From: Tubiluchus corallicola
Lineage: Eukaryota; Animalia; Priapulida
Assembly: GCA_030141605.1 (NCBI GenBank)
Contig: JAQGDQ010000154.1
Coordinates: 310,001-374,000, forward strand
Reading direction: 5' to 3'
Length of the DNA: 64,000 bases
Under the pieces are notes generated by a model. The model saw only the letters and a list, made by a program, of their open reading frames with translations, ran no database searches and was not told where the DNA came from. Every line of letters begins with the position of its first letter. The stretch's first letter is position 1. Shown piece after piece: positions 26,824 through 39,600 of the stretch. A program made the translations under genes and the position numbers.

Positions 26824-27408
26824 AGGAAGATAGGATGATTTTTCATATACTACCCCATTTTGAAGTCCAATAAAAAGAAAACATTTTAACACGATTAATA
26901 CTGCAAAAGCATTTCTAATTATTAAAAAATAGATTGATGGCGGGTGAGCCCAACTGTTGGTGACATCACATACTAACATAATTTTCAACAGCAAAAGTAT
27001 TTCACAAGAGTGTTGTACGTGTTTGCAAAAGCGAAAATTGAAGTACAGTGCTACTGTAAGATATTCAGTGTGTTGTACTAAAACTAGGCATGTTTTAAGA
27101 TAAATATTCAAATTTCAAAGGCTGTCAAATGTGTGTAGTTCATCACAAACTAACACATCTGAACTGAGAGGTACAGCACCTGTTTTTGTGTAATGCATTT
27201 CCGAAATGCAGGCGCTAGTGCCCGTCTAACTAGCAAATCGCGAAAAGCATGTAACAGCAAAGAACTTGTGGCTCGAACGTGAAATCATGTTTGCGTGGAA
27301 AAAATTATTTCACGTAAGTCATTTTTGTAAAAAATAGTTTGTTTCCTTTCAATATTTTTAAGAGTAGATTGTTTTGACTTACAGTTTAAGATTGGGTCCA
27401 GTTTTGCT
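26824..27408 (-). mobile_element. Non-autonomous DNA transposon (Kolobok-like), copy 2
   Basis: TTAA|AGGAAGATAGG...CCAGTTTTGCT|TTAA; inverted homolog of 4812-5434. Confidence 0.75.
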
Positions 27409-27687
27409 TTAAATTGCAGTCAAAGAAAAGGTACAGACCTTCTTGCTTATGAATGCTCTTGACTTGGTTGGAAGAAGATTTACATTAGTCATTCTCTGCA
27501 CTGTGTTTTTGTTGCCCTGCAAATTGTAAATGCAGGTTAAATGCATATTTAAAGGACTTGAATTAAGTTCCAGAAAAATCACGTTAAAAAATTATGCATT
27601 AATGCTTTAATGCACCAGATATTGGTTGTTTTTTTTTAGAAGATCTTTGGAGCATTTTACTCAAGGTCATGTTATAGCAAGTGAACA

Positions 27688-30600
27688 ATGTCCCGTGCAA
27701 AGCGTGATCCGTGGGTTCGTTGTTTTAACGTTTCGAATCCAACGCTTCATGAAGAAGGCTTTACTATTTACAAAGTCACATCTAAGGTAAAAAATGTCAA
27801 GACGATTAAAGTACCACTAAGATGCATATAATTTTATATAGTTCGTGTAAACATTGTTAGAGAGAATGGTTTATCTTTCGGTATTGATTAACATAGTGCT
27901 GTGCAAGTATGTGAGGCCTACAATAAAAATGCTTCTGTTCCTGTCTAATCGCTTGGGTAATATTTTTTATCGCACACTTGACCTGGAATTTTATAATTTT
28001 TTTTGTACGTTCATATTCTTACTTGACGCAGTCATATAAAAGCGTATTTCTTAATTTAAGAAAAAACAATAATTATTATAACATCATTCTTTCGGGGGAT
28101 GCAGAATGCAGCCATGTTTTTCTATGGCTAATTCTTGGCCAGGGTAGCTGTTTTGTATGATACTCATTGTAATGGCGGCTAAAAAGCATCGAATTCTCAC
28201 CAAATCAGTGTATTAATGGCCAAGTAGTGTTGCCGCTTATACTATAATTATCAGGACATGCATTCATGATGCAAAGAAGAAATTATACAGTATTCGATAA
28301 TTATATGATAATTTAGTAATGCGAAACAAAAAGTAAAAAACAAAGTGTGAAAAATGTGCATTGAAAAAATTTAAATCTACTGCTAGCATTAAAAATTCAC
28401 TGCTAACCAGTGGAAATAAACAAACTTTAATTTCAGTTGATTTTAAATATTCCATGATTCAGCTCTAAACATCCACAAAGCTTTCCTCCTCCTCTACTGA
28501 CATCTTTTGAGTACAGCAGAGACGATTTTTTTTTGGCCGCCCTGACGTAAAACATAAAAGTAAAAGATTCTGAAAAACAATGTGTAAAACCCTGTTAGAC
28601 GCTTATCTTTGTCTCTCTCGTTAACTACTACAGTCATACCTCCGTTTTCGACCATAATTCGTTCTTAAAAAGTGTTTGAAAACCGATTTCGTTGAGAACC
28701 GAATCATATATTCCCACAAGAAATAAAGTAAAAGCAAATAATCCGTTCTCAAGCACCAAATGAGCTGTAAAGTATTACTAAAATGAAATATAATAATGCA
28801 AAAATGCTTATTCAAACAGTAGATGTGATATTATTGATAAGAAACACATAATACAATTACTTTGGAAAAAAACATAATTGTTCTTGCATGAAAAAGCGGA
28901 GAAAAACAAGCGTAGAAAGCACTTAGCGATGTGAGGCAATTCAAATGTTGTGCGTGACTGCTCTTGGTCACAGTCGGTTACGCTCGGCTCGCCGCGCATG
29001 TGTTCATCACGTGTTTGGCGGTTGGTTGAGTACCGAAATTCTGGTCAAGAGCAGAGACAATATCAGCTCGAATTTTCTGGTCGAAAACCGATTTATACGA
29101 GTACGGAGACATTCGACAACGGAGGAATGACTGTGCTTTGTCACTAACATTTTGCTGTATATTGTGTTTTGTATGAGAGAAATAAATAAATTCAAATTCT
29201 TTGCTCGTAGCTTCTATCTCATTGTCAGAATAATTTCATTTCAGGTTTTTCCTAAAGCTTCACCAGAAGCAGTAACTGAGGTAAGCATTTCATTTTGGCT
29301 TTTGCAACTAAATAATTTTTGGGGCAATATATTTGATTTTTCCTGATTTTTTCAAAAAAAAAAATTCGGTATAGAAAAAAATCTTACCGCAAATTACAGT
29401 AAGAAAGCTCTTGTTGAGGCAACAGCAGCTTGCTGTTTTGCGTCCTTTATGTGTCTGAGTAAGTGTGTCAGGTTAGGTAGTGTTACTGTCACTAAACATT
29501 ATAGTAAATCAACCATAATATTTACCAAAAAAAACATAATAGTTGGCTTATTGGCTTGTAATTGGCTCTGATAATAACTGCAAAAAAATTATAACCTAAG
29601 TATTGAAGGCCTATTTACTTTCAAGGCTGCATTATACAGAGAAATGGTAGCCCCTATTTATTTACAATAGCATATGCTAGGAAAACCTCAAGACTGCATT
29701 ATATAGAGAAGTGGTAGCCCCTATTTATTTACTATTGCATATGCCAGGAAAACCTCAAGACTGCATTATACAGAGAAGTGGTAGCCCCTATTTATTTACA
29801 ATAGCATATGCTAGGAAAACCTCAAGACTGCATTATACAGAGAAGTGGTAGCCCCTATTTATTTACAATGGCATATGCCAGGAAAACCTCAAGACTGCAT
29901 TATACAGAGAAGTGGTAGCCCCTATTTATTTACAATGGCATATGCCAGGAAAACCTCAAGACTGCATTATACAGAGAAGTGGTAGCCCCTATTTATTTAC
30001 AATGGCATATGCTAGGAAAACCTCAAGACTGCATTATACAGAGAAATGGTAGCCCCTATTTATTTACAATAGCATATGCTAGGAAAACCTCAAGACTGCA
30101 TTATACAGAGAAGTGGTAGCCCCTATTTATTTACAATGGCATATGCTAGGAAAACTTCAAGACTGCATTATACAGAGAAGTGGTAGCCCCTATTTATTTA
30201 CAATGGCATATGCTAGGAAAGCTTCAAGACTGCATTATACAGAGAAGTGGTAGCCCCTATTTATTTACAATAGCATATGCTAGGAAAACTTCAAGACTGC
30301 ATTATACAGAGAAGTGGTAGCCCCTATTTATTTACAATGGCATATGCTAGGAAAGCTTCAAGACTGCATTATACAGAGAAGTGGTAGCCCCTATTTATTT
30401 ACAATGGCATATGCTAGGAAAGCTTCAAGACTGCATTATACAGAGAAGTGGTAGCCCCTATTTATTTACAATGGCATACGCTAGGAAAGCTTCAAGACTG
30501 CATTATACAGAGAAGTGGTAGCCCCTATTTATTTACAGTAGCATATGCTAGGAAAACTTCAAGACTGCATTATACAGAGAAGTGGTAGCCCCTATTTATT

Positions 30601-33600
30601 TACAATAGCATATGCTAGGAAAGCTTCAAGACTGCATTATACAGAGAAGTGGTAGCCCCTATTTATTTACAATGGCATATGCTAGGAAAGCTTCAAGACT
30701 GCATTATACAGAGAAGTGGTAGCCCCTATTTATTTACAGTAGCATATGCTAGGAAAGCTTCAAGACTGCATTATACAGAGAAGTGGTAGCCCCTATTTAT
30801 TTACAGTAGCATATGCTAGGAAAACTTCAAGACTGCATTATACAGAGAAGTGGTAGCCCCTATTTATTTACAATAGCATATGCTAGGAAAACCTCAAGAC
30901 TGCATTATACAGAGAAGTGGTAGCCCCTATTTATTTACAATGGCATATGCTAGGAAAACTTCAAGACTGCATTATACAGAGAAGTGGTAGCCCCTATTTA
31001 TTTACAATGGCATATGCTAGGAAAGCTTCAAGACTGCATTATACAGAGAAGTGGTAGCCCCTATTTATTTACAGTAGCATATGCTAGGAAAGCTTCAAGA
31101 CTGCATTATACAGAGAAGTGGTAGCCCCTATTTATTTACAATAGCATATGCTAGGAAAACTTCAAGACTGCATTATACAGAGAAGTGGTAGCCCCTATTT
31201 ATTTACAATAGCATATGCTAGGAAAACCTCAAGACTGCATTATACAGAGAAGTGGTAGCCCCTATTTATTTACAATGGCATATGCTAGGAAAACTTCAAG
31301 ACTGCATTATACAGAGAAGTGGTAGCCCCTATTTATTTACAATGGCATATGCTAGGAAAACTTCAAGACTGCATTATACAGAGAAGTGGTAGCCCCTATT
31401 TATTTACAATGGCATATGCTAGGAAAGCTTCAAGACTGCATTATACAGAGAAGTGGTAGCCCCTATTTATTTACAATAGCATATGCTAGGAAAGCTTCAA
31501 GACTGCATTATACAGAGAAGTGGTAGCCCCTATTTATTTACAATAGCATATGCTAGGAAGACCTCAAGACTGCATTATACAGAGAAGTGGTAGCCCCTAT
31601 TTATTTACAATAGCATATGCTAGGAAAACCTCAAGACTGCATTATACAGAGAAGTGGTAGCCCCTATTTATTTACAATGGCATATGCTAGGAAAACTTCA
31701 AGACTGCATTATACAGAGAAGTGGTAGCCCCTATTTATTTACAATGGCATATGCTAGGAAAGCTTCAAGACTGCATTATACAGAGAAGTGGTAGCCCCTA
31801 TTTATTTACAATGGCATATGCTAGGAAAGCTTCAAGACTGCATTATACGTAAACGTATAATTATTTTTGGTTAGCTTAGCTATTTTATAAAAGCTGTAGT
31901 GAAGTTTATTTATTTTTTCAGTTGGTCGTCTGGAAACGATATAATGATTTTAAAAAGCTTCATAAAAAGATGTCCACCATGCACAGAGATTTATACTTGA
32001 AGGGAGAGTTTCCTCCATTTGCAAAAGCTAAAGCCTTTGGTATTGGTGAGTAATGAATAAGGCAAAGAATCCAAGGTTCTTAAATCTTTGTCAATTGCTG
32101 AACTGATTTAGATGTGGAAGAGTAGTGGTCTGTAGTGCAATAGAAAACATAAAAAGTCGTCTTTGCACCTAACACATGGTAAATTGATCTGACAGACTGG
32201 CAGGTTTCATAAAACAGAAAACTTATTAGGTAGTAGAATTTTCATAGTGAGAAGCATTTTTTTGTTCTTAGTAATTGTATTTAGTCATTTTGTGCAATGT
32301 ATGTTCTCTTCTGTCAATTTCAAAATTATATATATATATATATAATATACCACTGCATCACATTTGTTTTTTTCTGGTATGCTAAGAGAAAGTTAGTTAC
32401 CGTCTTGAATCATAATTATCAGCAAAGTAGTTTTTGAAGTAATTTTTTTACTTTAAATAATGTTGATCTGGGAATTCAATAAACTGAATTTAGCAAAAAA
32501 TCATTGTTTCAATGTAGCGAAGACTGTACTTCGTTGCATTACCATACAGTAAGCATTAAAATGATAGGCGACACTGATAAGGAATGCAGTCTTTTATATT
32601 TACTGATAGTTACATTGGCAGTAATATCATGTTCAAGAAAGAAACAAACGACTGATGTTATTTGAAACTATGTAGTTGAGTTCCCTGTTCTAAACACCTA
32701 AGCAAAAGTATCAATTAGACCATAGATTCATTAGGAACTACATTGGCTTTAATCGTAGAATTATGTCGTAACATCTTTTTTGAACCCTAGACGTACCACG
32801 GTTAAACTACACAGACATCAAGGTAACTCTTGCAGACTAAAACCCATCCATTCATTAGGAACCATCTTGGCAGTAACTGTAGAATTATATCGTCACATCT
32901 ATTTTGAATCCTAGGCCTACCAAGATTAAACTACACAGACATCAAGGTAACTCTTGCAGACTAAAACCCATCCATTCATTAGGAACCATCTTGGCAGTAA
33001 CTGTAGAATTACGTTGTAACATCTTTTTTGAACCCTAGACGTACCACGGTTAAACTACACAGACATCAAGGTAACTCTTGTAGACTAAAACCATACATTA
33101 ATTACGAACCACCTTGGCAATAATCATAGAATTACAATGTAACATCTTCGTTGAACCCTAGACTTACCACGGTTAAACTACACAGACGTCAAGGTAACTC
33201 TTGTACTCTTCACGTGAAATGATAATGTGTGTTCTGGCTGCAACACTTTAACCAACTGCGAAACATTTTCAGGGAGATTTGATGAAGAAGTCATTGAAGA
33301 AAGGAGAGTGTGTGCCCTAAACATGCTTCAGTTCATATCGCAGCACTATCCACTTTTTACAAGCAAAATATTTGTGGATTTCTTTGATGTAAGTATTCGT
33401 GTAATTCATTTGTTTTGCATGTTGGTATGCTTGGTTAGCAAAGTCTGTTGTTGTGAATATTTTTCAATTGTATATCGGGATAGTTTCCTATTGTGAAGCT
33501 TTAATCGGTCTAAATTTCTCCGTTTCTACAACATTCGAAATTAATGTTTGTAATTACCTATTTATTGTTTTGTCAGGCAAGTGGCTGATTTAAATTAATC

Positions 33601-36600
33601 ACTTACGAAAATGTTAAGCTAGGAATACTGAGTTGTAGTTAGTTTAATGTTAAAGTATAGGTCAGACTATCTGTAAAATCAGAGCCAAGTTTAAATTTTT
33701 TTCATGCAAGTCATATTCAAAAAAGGGCAACAAGTGGACTGATTGTCGATCAACGATAGCAATGTAATTATACTAAGAATCAAAACAGTTCCAAGCTTAT
33801 CTGTTTGAACTCTAAATTCTTTCTAAACATACATTTATTCGTTTATGTTGTGAACAGACTAAAAAGAAATTCCTTTGTACCCCAGGCTTGTACTGAAAAT
33901 TAAAACATATATGTAAAATTGGTAATTAACTATCAGAGATACTTTACATTGGCAAAATGCATTATACTCTGCAAACTAGCACATTTGTATCTAATTTAGA
34001 ATTACTAAAGTACTGATTATTGATTCATAACTTATCTTTGCAGCTCTAATAGTTGAAATAGTTGAGCTTATAGCATAATTTTTAGCTTATCAATAAGGTC
34101 TTTATCTTAAGTTATTTTTTAGACTAACAAAATGGAGGTAGTCTACCAACTTATACAATCTGAATTACTCATTACATGAGCATATTTTTTCACTTGAATA
34201 TAATTTATGCATAAACTACCTTAAATTTTTGTAAAATTGAACATAACATATTGAAGTAGGTTTGTTAATCTCATTTGTTAACTATTTTCAAACAGGGTGC
34301 AGTTAAACTTGATCCCCAGAGAGAGATAAAAAACTTAAAAACAGAAGTGCTTCAGCCTCAGCAACTTCATGCTGTACCTCCTGCTAATACTCAGCCGTCT
34401 TCAGGAGCCGACGATGTAATGACTGCAACCAGTGATATTAGTCCATTGCAATCTGACATCAGTAAGCCGGATACAGATATCCTTGGGTAAGTTACTTTTG
34501 CCGGGAATATTTAAACACGTTAGCACAACTTTTATTATTATTATTATTATTATGAGTTCATTTCGTATAAAAATATACAGTTTACAAAGATAAAGATGTT
34601 AGTAAAACAGGTAATGCGATATTAGTAAAGTAACATATTTACAGACATTCAACTTTATAATAACCACACATTGTAGTTCCCTTGTAATTATATTACATTA
34701 CAGTAATATACATTAACCTATTTAATATGAGCATTCTCAGCCAGGAAACGAATGCAAATCAAGTAGAATTTCCAACTTTCGAACCCGAATCGAACCGAAC
34801 TTCAGTATTTTCACATACGAATTGAATTTGAATTCAGTTTTAAAGATTTTTAAATCAATTTTTGAAGCACTACTAAAAAGCTGTCTGTTGCGTGCTACTT
34901 GATTTTGTTTCGCAGTAAGTGCACTAATAACTTGTTTAAAAGTTGTGCACATATATCCCAGTTAAATTGTACTGATTGCATGATGTTTCAAACGTTCTAA
35001 TGATAAAGAACGTATGTAGTAGAAGTGCTGAATTATTCGAATCTATAATTGTAAGTGCAGATTGAATTCAAATGTGTGATTGAATCAAACTAGAAGAACT
35101 TGCTCGAATTGAATTGAACTAAAAAACTCGTTTGAATCAAATCAAAGTAAAAAACTCATTTGAATCGAATTCGAAAATTCGTTGCTCACCCCTACTATTT
35201 AGTGACATTTGCAATTATCTATATTACAGTCTGGATAGCTCTACATCACTCGGAGGAGTTTGGCAGTATCGTCAACAGGCAGACAACATCAGTCTCGGTT
35301 CGGAAGAAGAAGAAGAAGAAGACACTACATCGTACACAACCTTTACTGAATCCGAATCCGGACTGAGCACGCCGCTTCCGAGTTGTGACCTCTCATTTTT
35401 CGATCCGCTTGCCGAGGAATCGAAGGAAGGCAACGAGGAAGCAACGAGTAATGCATGGTTACTGTCGGCCATGTTAGCATGTGCAGAGTTGGAGAAGAAA
35501 GATGATGAACAACACAAGCAAGAGAGAGCTTTTCTGGACTTTCCAAAAGCGTTTTCTGATTATGAAGATGCTGATGTGTCAAATATTGAATCAGATGCTG
35601 CCACGTCTAGCATGTCCTCTCCTCTGAAACTACCAGGTAGTCCTTTACCTCACCTTAATGAGTCGAGTGAAGTTCACGAGTCATCCGTTGTAGATGATTT
35701 CGACCCATTTTCCGTTCAAGGTGATATTCAAGCGTTGAGTTCGCGTGAATCGTCTTCTAGCCACTCGCCTTCGCCGTGCAAACAAAACGTAACACTTCCA
35801 CTTAATAAGCATCTCGGTCGAGGTTCGAATCACAGTAGTGTGCATTCCACTCCGCAGCATAGTGCTTCTCCGGCTCCACCACCATTGTTATCTCCAGAAG
35901 TTCTAGACATTCGCGGAAAAGGTTCCTACATATACGAAGCGGCAAATTTGATAAGTATGGCTCAAGAGAATGAAGCGAATTCTAGTTATCACCTGGCTTT
36001 TCATTATTACAAGTTAGGCGTTTCCTTGCTTTTACAAGGTGTACAAGGTAAGATTATCAATTTGTATAATCTTTGGCTTTTTGTCACAAGATGAGAATTA
36101 TTTTATTTCATATTATTCGTTCATAACTTTGCACGTAAAAATATTCAGTCATTGGTAACTTTTTAACTTAACTTTTTTTAACTTTTATTTTTTATTCCAC
36201 CCACATCACAATTTTGAAACATTATAACTGCATTTATATTTACGTACTGCAAACCATGTGGGCCACCCAGGTCTTTAATACAAATAGTGTACATAATGGA
36301 ATACAATAGTTTGATCGATGGGGACAGTGAAATGCTTATCGTACTGGATGGTAATTTTTAATACTGTAACTCTATATGTAAAAGTCATTTTTGAAGTTGT
36401 TGTTCAGTCACTTGATATGCTTGAGTTTAGACACAGAGAAATATGGATAAGAACTAAACATCTGTAATAAATATTTGCATTGCACACTACAGAAAAGTGT
36501 TCATTGCACTATAGAAACATGAATAAAACCTGCAGCACTGAACATTGAACAAAACTAAAATCTAAAAACAGTCAGTAAAACCTGTTTCACAGCTAGAATA

Positions 36601-39600
36601 CATGTATAGAACTTGACCTATGCAGACTTGCAGAGGCTTTACAACAAGCATTAATTTAAGATAGGGAGAGGACCAGTGGTAATGTAGTCACTGTACCATA
36701 CAATTAAACTGAAGGTATGTCAGCTAGTAGAATGTAACAAGATTAGCACATAGGTGGCAGCACGCATATGTAACAATTATCTAGTATACAAATATCAGAA
36801 CACGTTTTATGTAAAAATGATTTAAAATGCCTGGTAATGGATTTACAACCATGAGTGTGAACTTTATCGGTTATGTGACTTGGAAGATTATTTACTAACA
36901 AAAAATGATATATGTCAATGTATGGTCTGAAAATGTTAAGTGTACTTATAGGTGGACTTCTAGTTTTCAATTCCGTAAAGATTGTAATTCCATAAAGGTT
37001 ATTTTGTCGTAAAGTCAAGTACTTGGTAGTCGTTCCTTTTTTCTTTTGTATTTCTGAGTTGTCAAAGATTATCTTTACTATTATCAGGAACAGCATTACT
37101 ATTATCATTAACTTTTGTACTTGCATATTTTTCTGCTAAGAAAATCACAAGGATAATGCTGAAGCATTGATTTCTATTGAAATGTACTAGTGTACAATTA
37201 AAATTTGCCATGTCTTCTGTCACACTTGTTCATGGTCATTTGTGCGGGCTGTTTCTGAATCGAACTGGTATTTGCTGGATTTACACAAATTTTTGTTTAA
37301 CTTGGATAGAAAATGTAGCATTTGTGCTTTTTTGCCACTAATTTGAATTAGAAGTGAACTGGATATTGATTTTGTGTGAGACCTCGATTGGTGACTGAAG
37401 CCTTACTATTAGTGCACTACAGTAACAAACAAAACAGCCTGTTTGAATTTTTATAGTTGATGAAGATTCAAGCAGAAGAGAAGCTGTAAGACGAAAAACA
37501 GAAAAATATTTAATGAAAGCCGAAGATCTTTATAATAACCATCTAGCAGCAGGCGATACTGACAACAAAATTTGGAGCGTAAGTCATCATAGTTCATCTG
37601 CTCTTTGTATTTGATTTTAGGCTTGTATAACTCAGTACAGTTTTCATTATTAGTTTAATATGTAGGCCCAGTGAATATATGTTGACTGGTTGGTGACCCG
37701 ACAGATTTTTAAATTGGTTAGTAACTTAGCACTGAGTAATCAGCACTATTACTCTCTAAACTTCATGTAGCATGCGATGTATCAACAGATTATCACTTCT
37801 GCTGTGTTCAAAAGGTTATAGAATGCATTATAGTCGTGATCATGTTTTTTTTGTTTTTGCTCCATTTCATCATTCATTCACTACTTCCTTCATATCAATA
37901 TATATATATTTATCATTATCTGATGCAATTATTTCATTTATTAATCTTTTTTTTAAGATTTATACGTACAGTTTTGCCTATCAAGCTATGCTTTTAGGTT
38001 CAAACTGTATGCATCAAAATTACTTTGTATATGCTAGCTACTAAAGACTCTTTATTTGTATTATTTGGACTATCTTGTATTCGTATTTACTTTACTGGAT
38101 TGTTATCTGTATTTTAGCGATATTATTGTAAGATGCAGTGCAGAAATAATGAATAAGCTCTTCAAACTCTTGCTACATTAAATATAGAATCAAATATTTT
38201 TGGCATCTTAAAAATTATACATATTTCACTATTATCCACTCTAAAAGAAGTCGTCTAGAAGGGGAATAAGTTTTGTATTAAAATAACAGAATTAGCTCCT
38301 TTCATTTGGAAAAACACTGAACCCCTTTTCTAGAAAAGTCAAGTTAATGATCCAGTGTTGTTAAACGTAACAGTGGCGAATCGTGCATAAGCACTTTGGA
38401 ACTGCAGCACTCCCTTTTCACTCGATATTGTTGATAATTTTCAATATAATGGGTCTTTTTCTTTAATTCTTTCTTTATACTTGTACGGAACCAGAGCACG
38501 TGATGTAATTGTGTGCTTCACAGGCTTAGCACTGTGCACTCACAACTCCAGCAATGTGGTGTTTGGCTGTTGTGTGCATGCGGCCACTGAGCACACGTCT
38601 GAGATAAGATGCTGCACTTTAAGGAGAGAGAGAGCACTGTCACTCATGCAGTGTGTTGTCAGTTGTCACATGCAGTTAAAACCTTGACCGGTATATTCTT
38701 GACTCGGCATGTGTTGTGCTTAAAATTTAAATAATTTAGTCATGGCCTTCCTTGCATCCCCAAGAAATAAGTTCTGTGACTGTAAATGAACTTTAACAGC
38801 TTAAGTTTTCACAGTTATCTCTTCATGAGAAAGTTGCAGTTAAGAAAGGAGGCCGTTCAGTACCTGATCTTCAAATATCTCAGCCAGGAATAAGAAACAA
38901 GAAATATATTTGTAGCAAAAAATATTTTTATTCAGTATTGTATAAAATTTAAGTTCAAATTTCGTATGTTGGTCATTAAAATTGCAGTTACAAATTACAA
39001 TATTAAAATTACGTATGTTTGTTTCGTTTTACACGGCATTAAAACAATGGCTAATAATTTTCTGAAGCAGCACTTTCACTGATTCTAGTTACAAGCCGTC
39101 ACTGAAAGGTTTTTGTTCCAGATCAACAGCATTGCTTACAACTTATAACATTCCATTAGTATAAATGTTTAATGTTGTCTCTTTTCTTTCTTTGCATGAT
39201 TCTCACTCGTATCTTTTAGAATGAGTAGCAAAACATCAAACACATTAGAATGGAGGGAAAGGGGTGCAGTGATTATTAAATTTTAGGGTATGCAAAGTTT
39301 CACACTGTTTCGCCTTAACGATAACTTAAGAGACAGTAGTTTCTTTTAATTTTTTTCAACATGCTGTGCAAACTGGCACAAACAATGACGAATATTTCAG
39401 TATAATCCATGCAATCTGTAAAAGTAAAATTGAGAGTGATTTTATTGTTAATTATTCTGAATGATTATGACATGCATCATTGGTTTAATTTCGTTGATGT
39501 TAAGTTGTTTTTTATTTGTGTTGTGTATCTTTGATCTTTATCTTGTTAAGCGCAGCTGTTGTGATTCATTATGATGTCACGTTTCTGCAGTTAACGGTAT

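Noticed and set aside
29621-31848. Regular array considered as a CRISPR-like locus
   Set aside because: Units are contiguous and near-identical with no unique spacers, there are no cas genes, and the context is a eukaryotic intron.
17815-31848. Two separate tandem repeats share a 67-bp unit length
   Set aside because: The sequences are unrelated and other arrays have 21, 46, 110 and 124 bp units; treated as coincidence.
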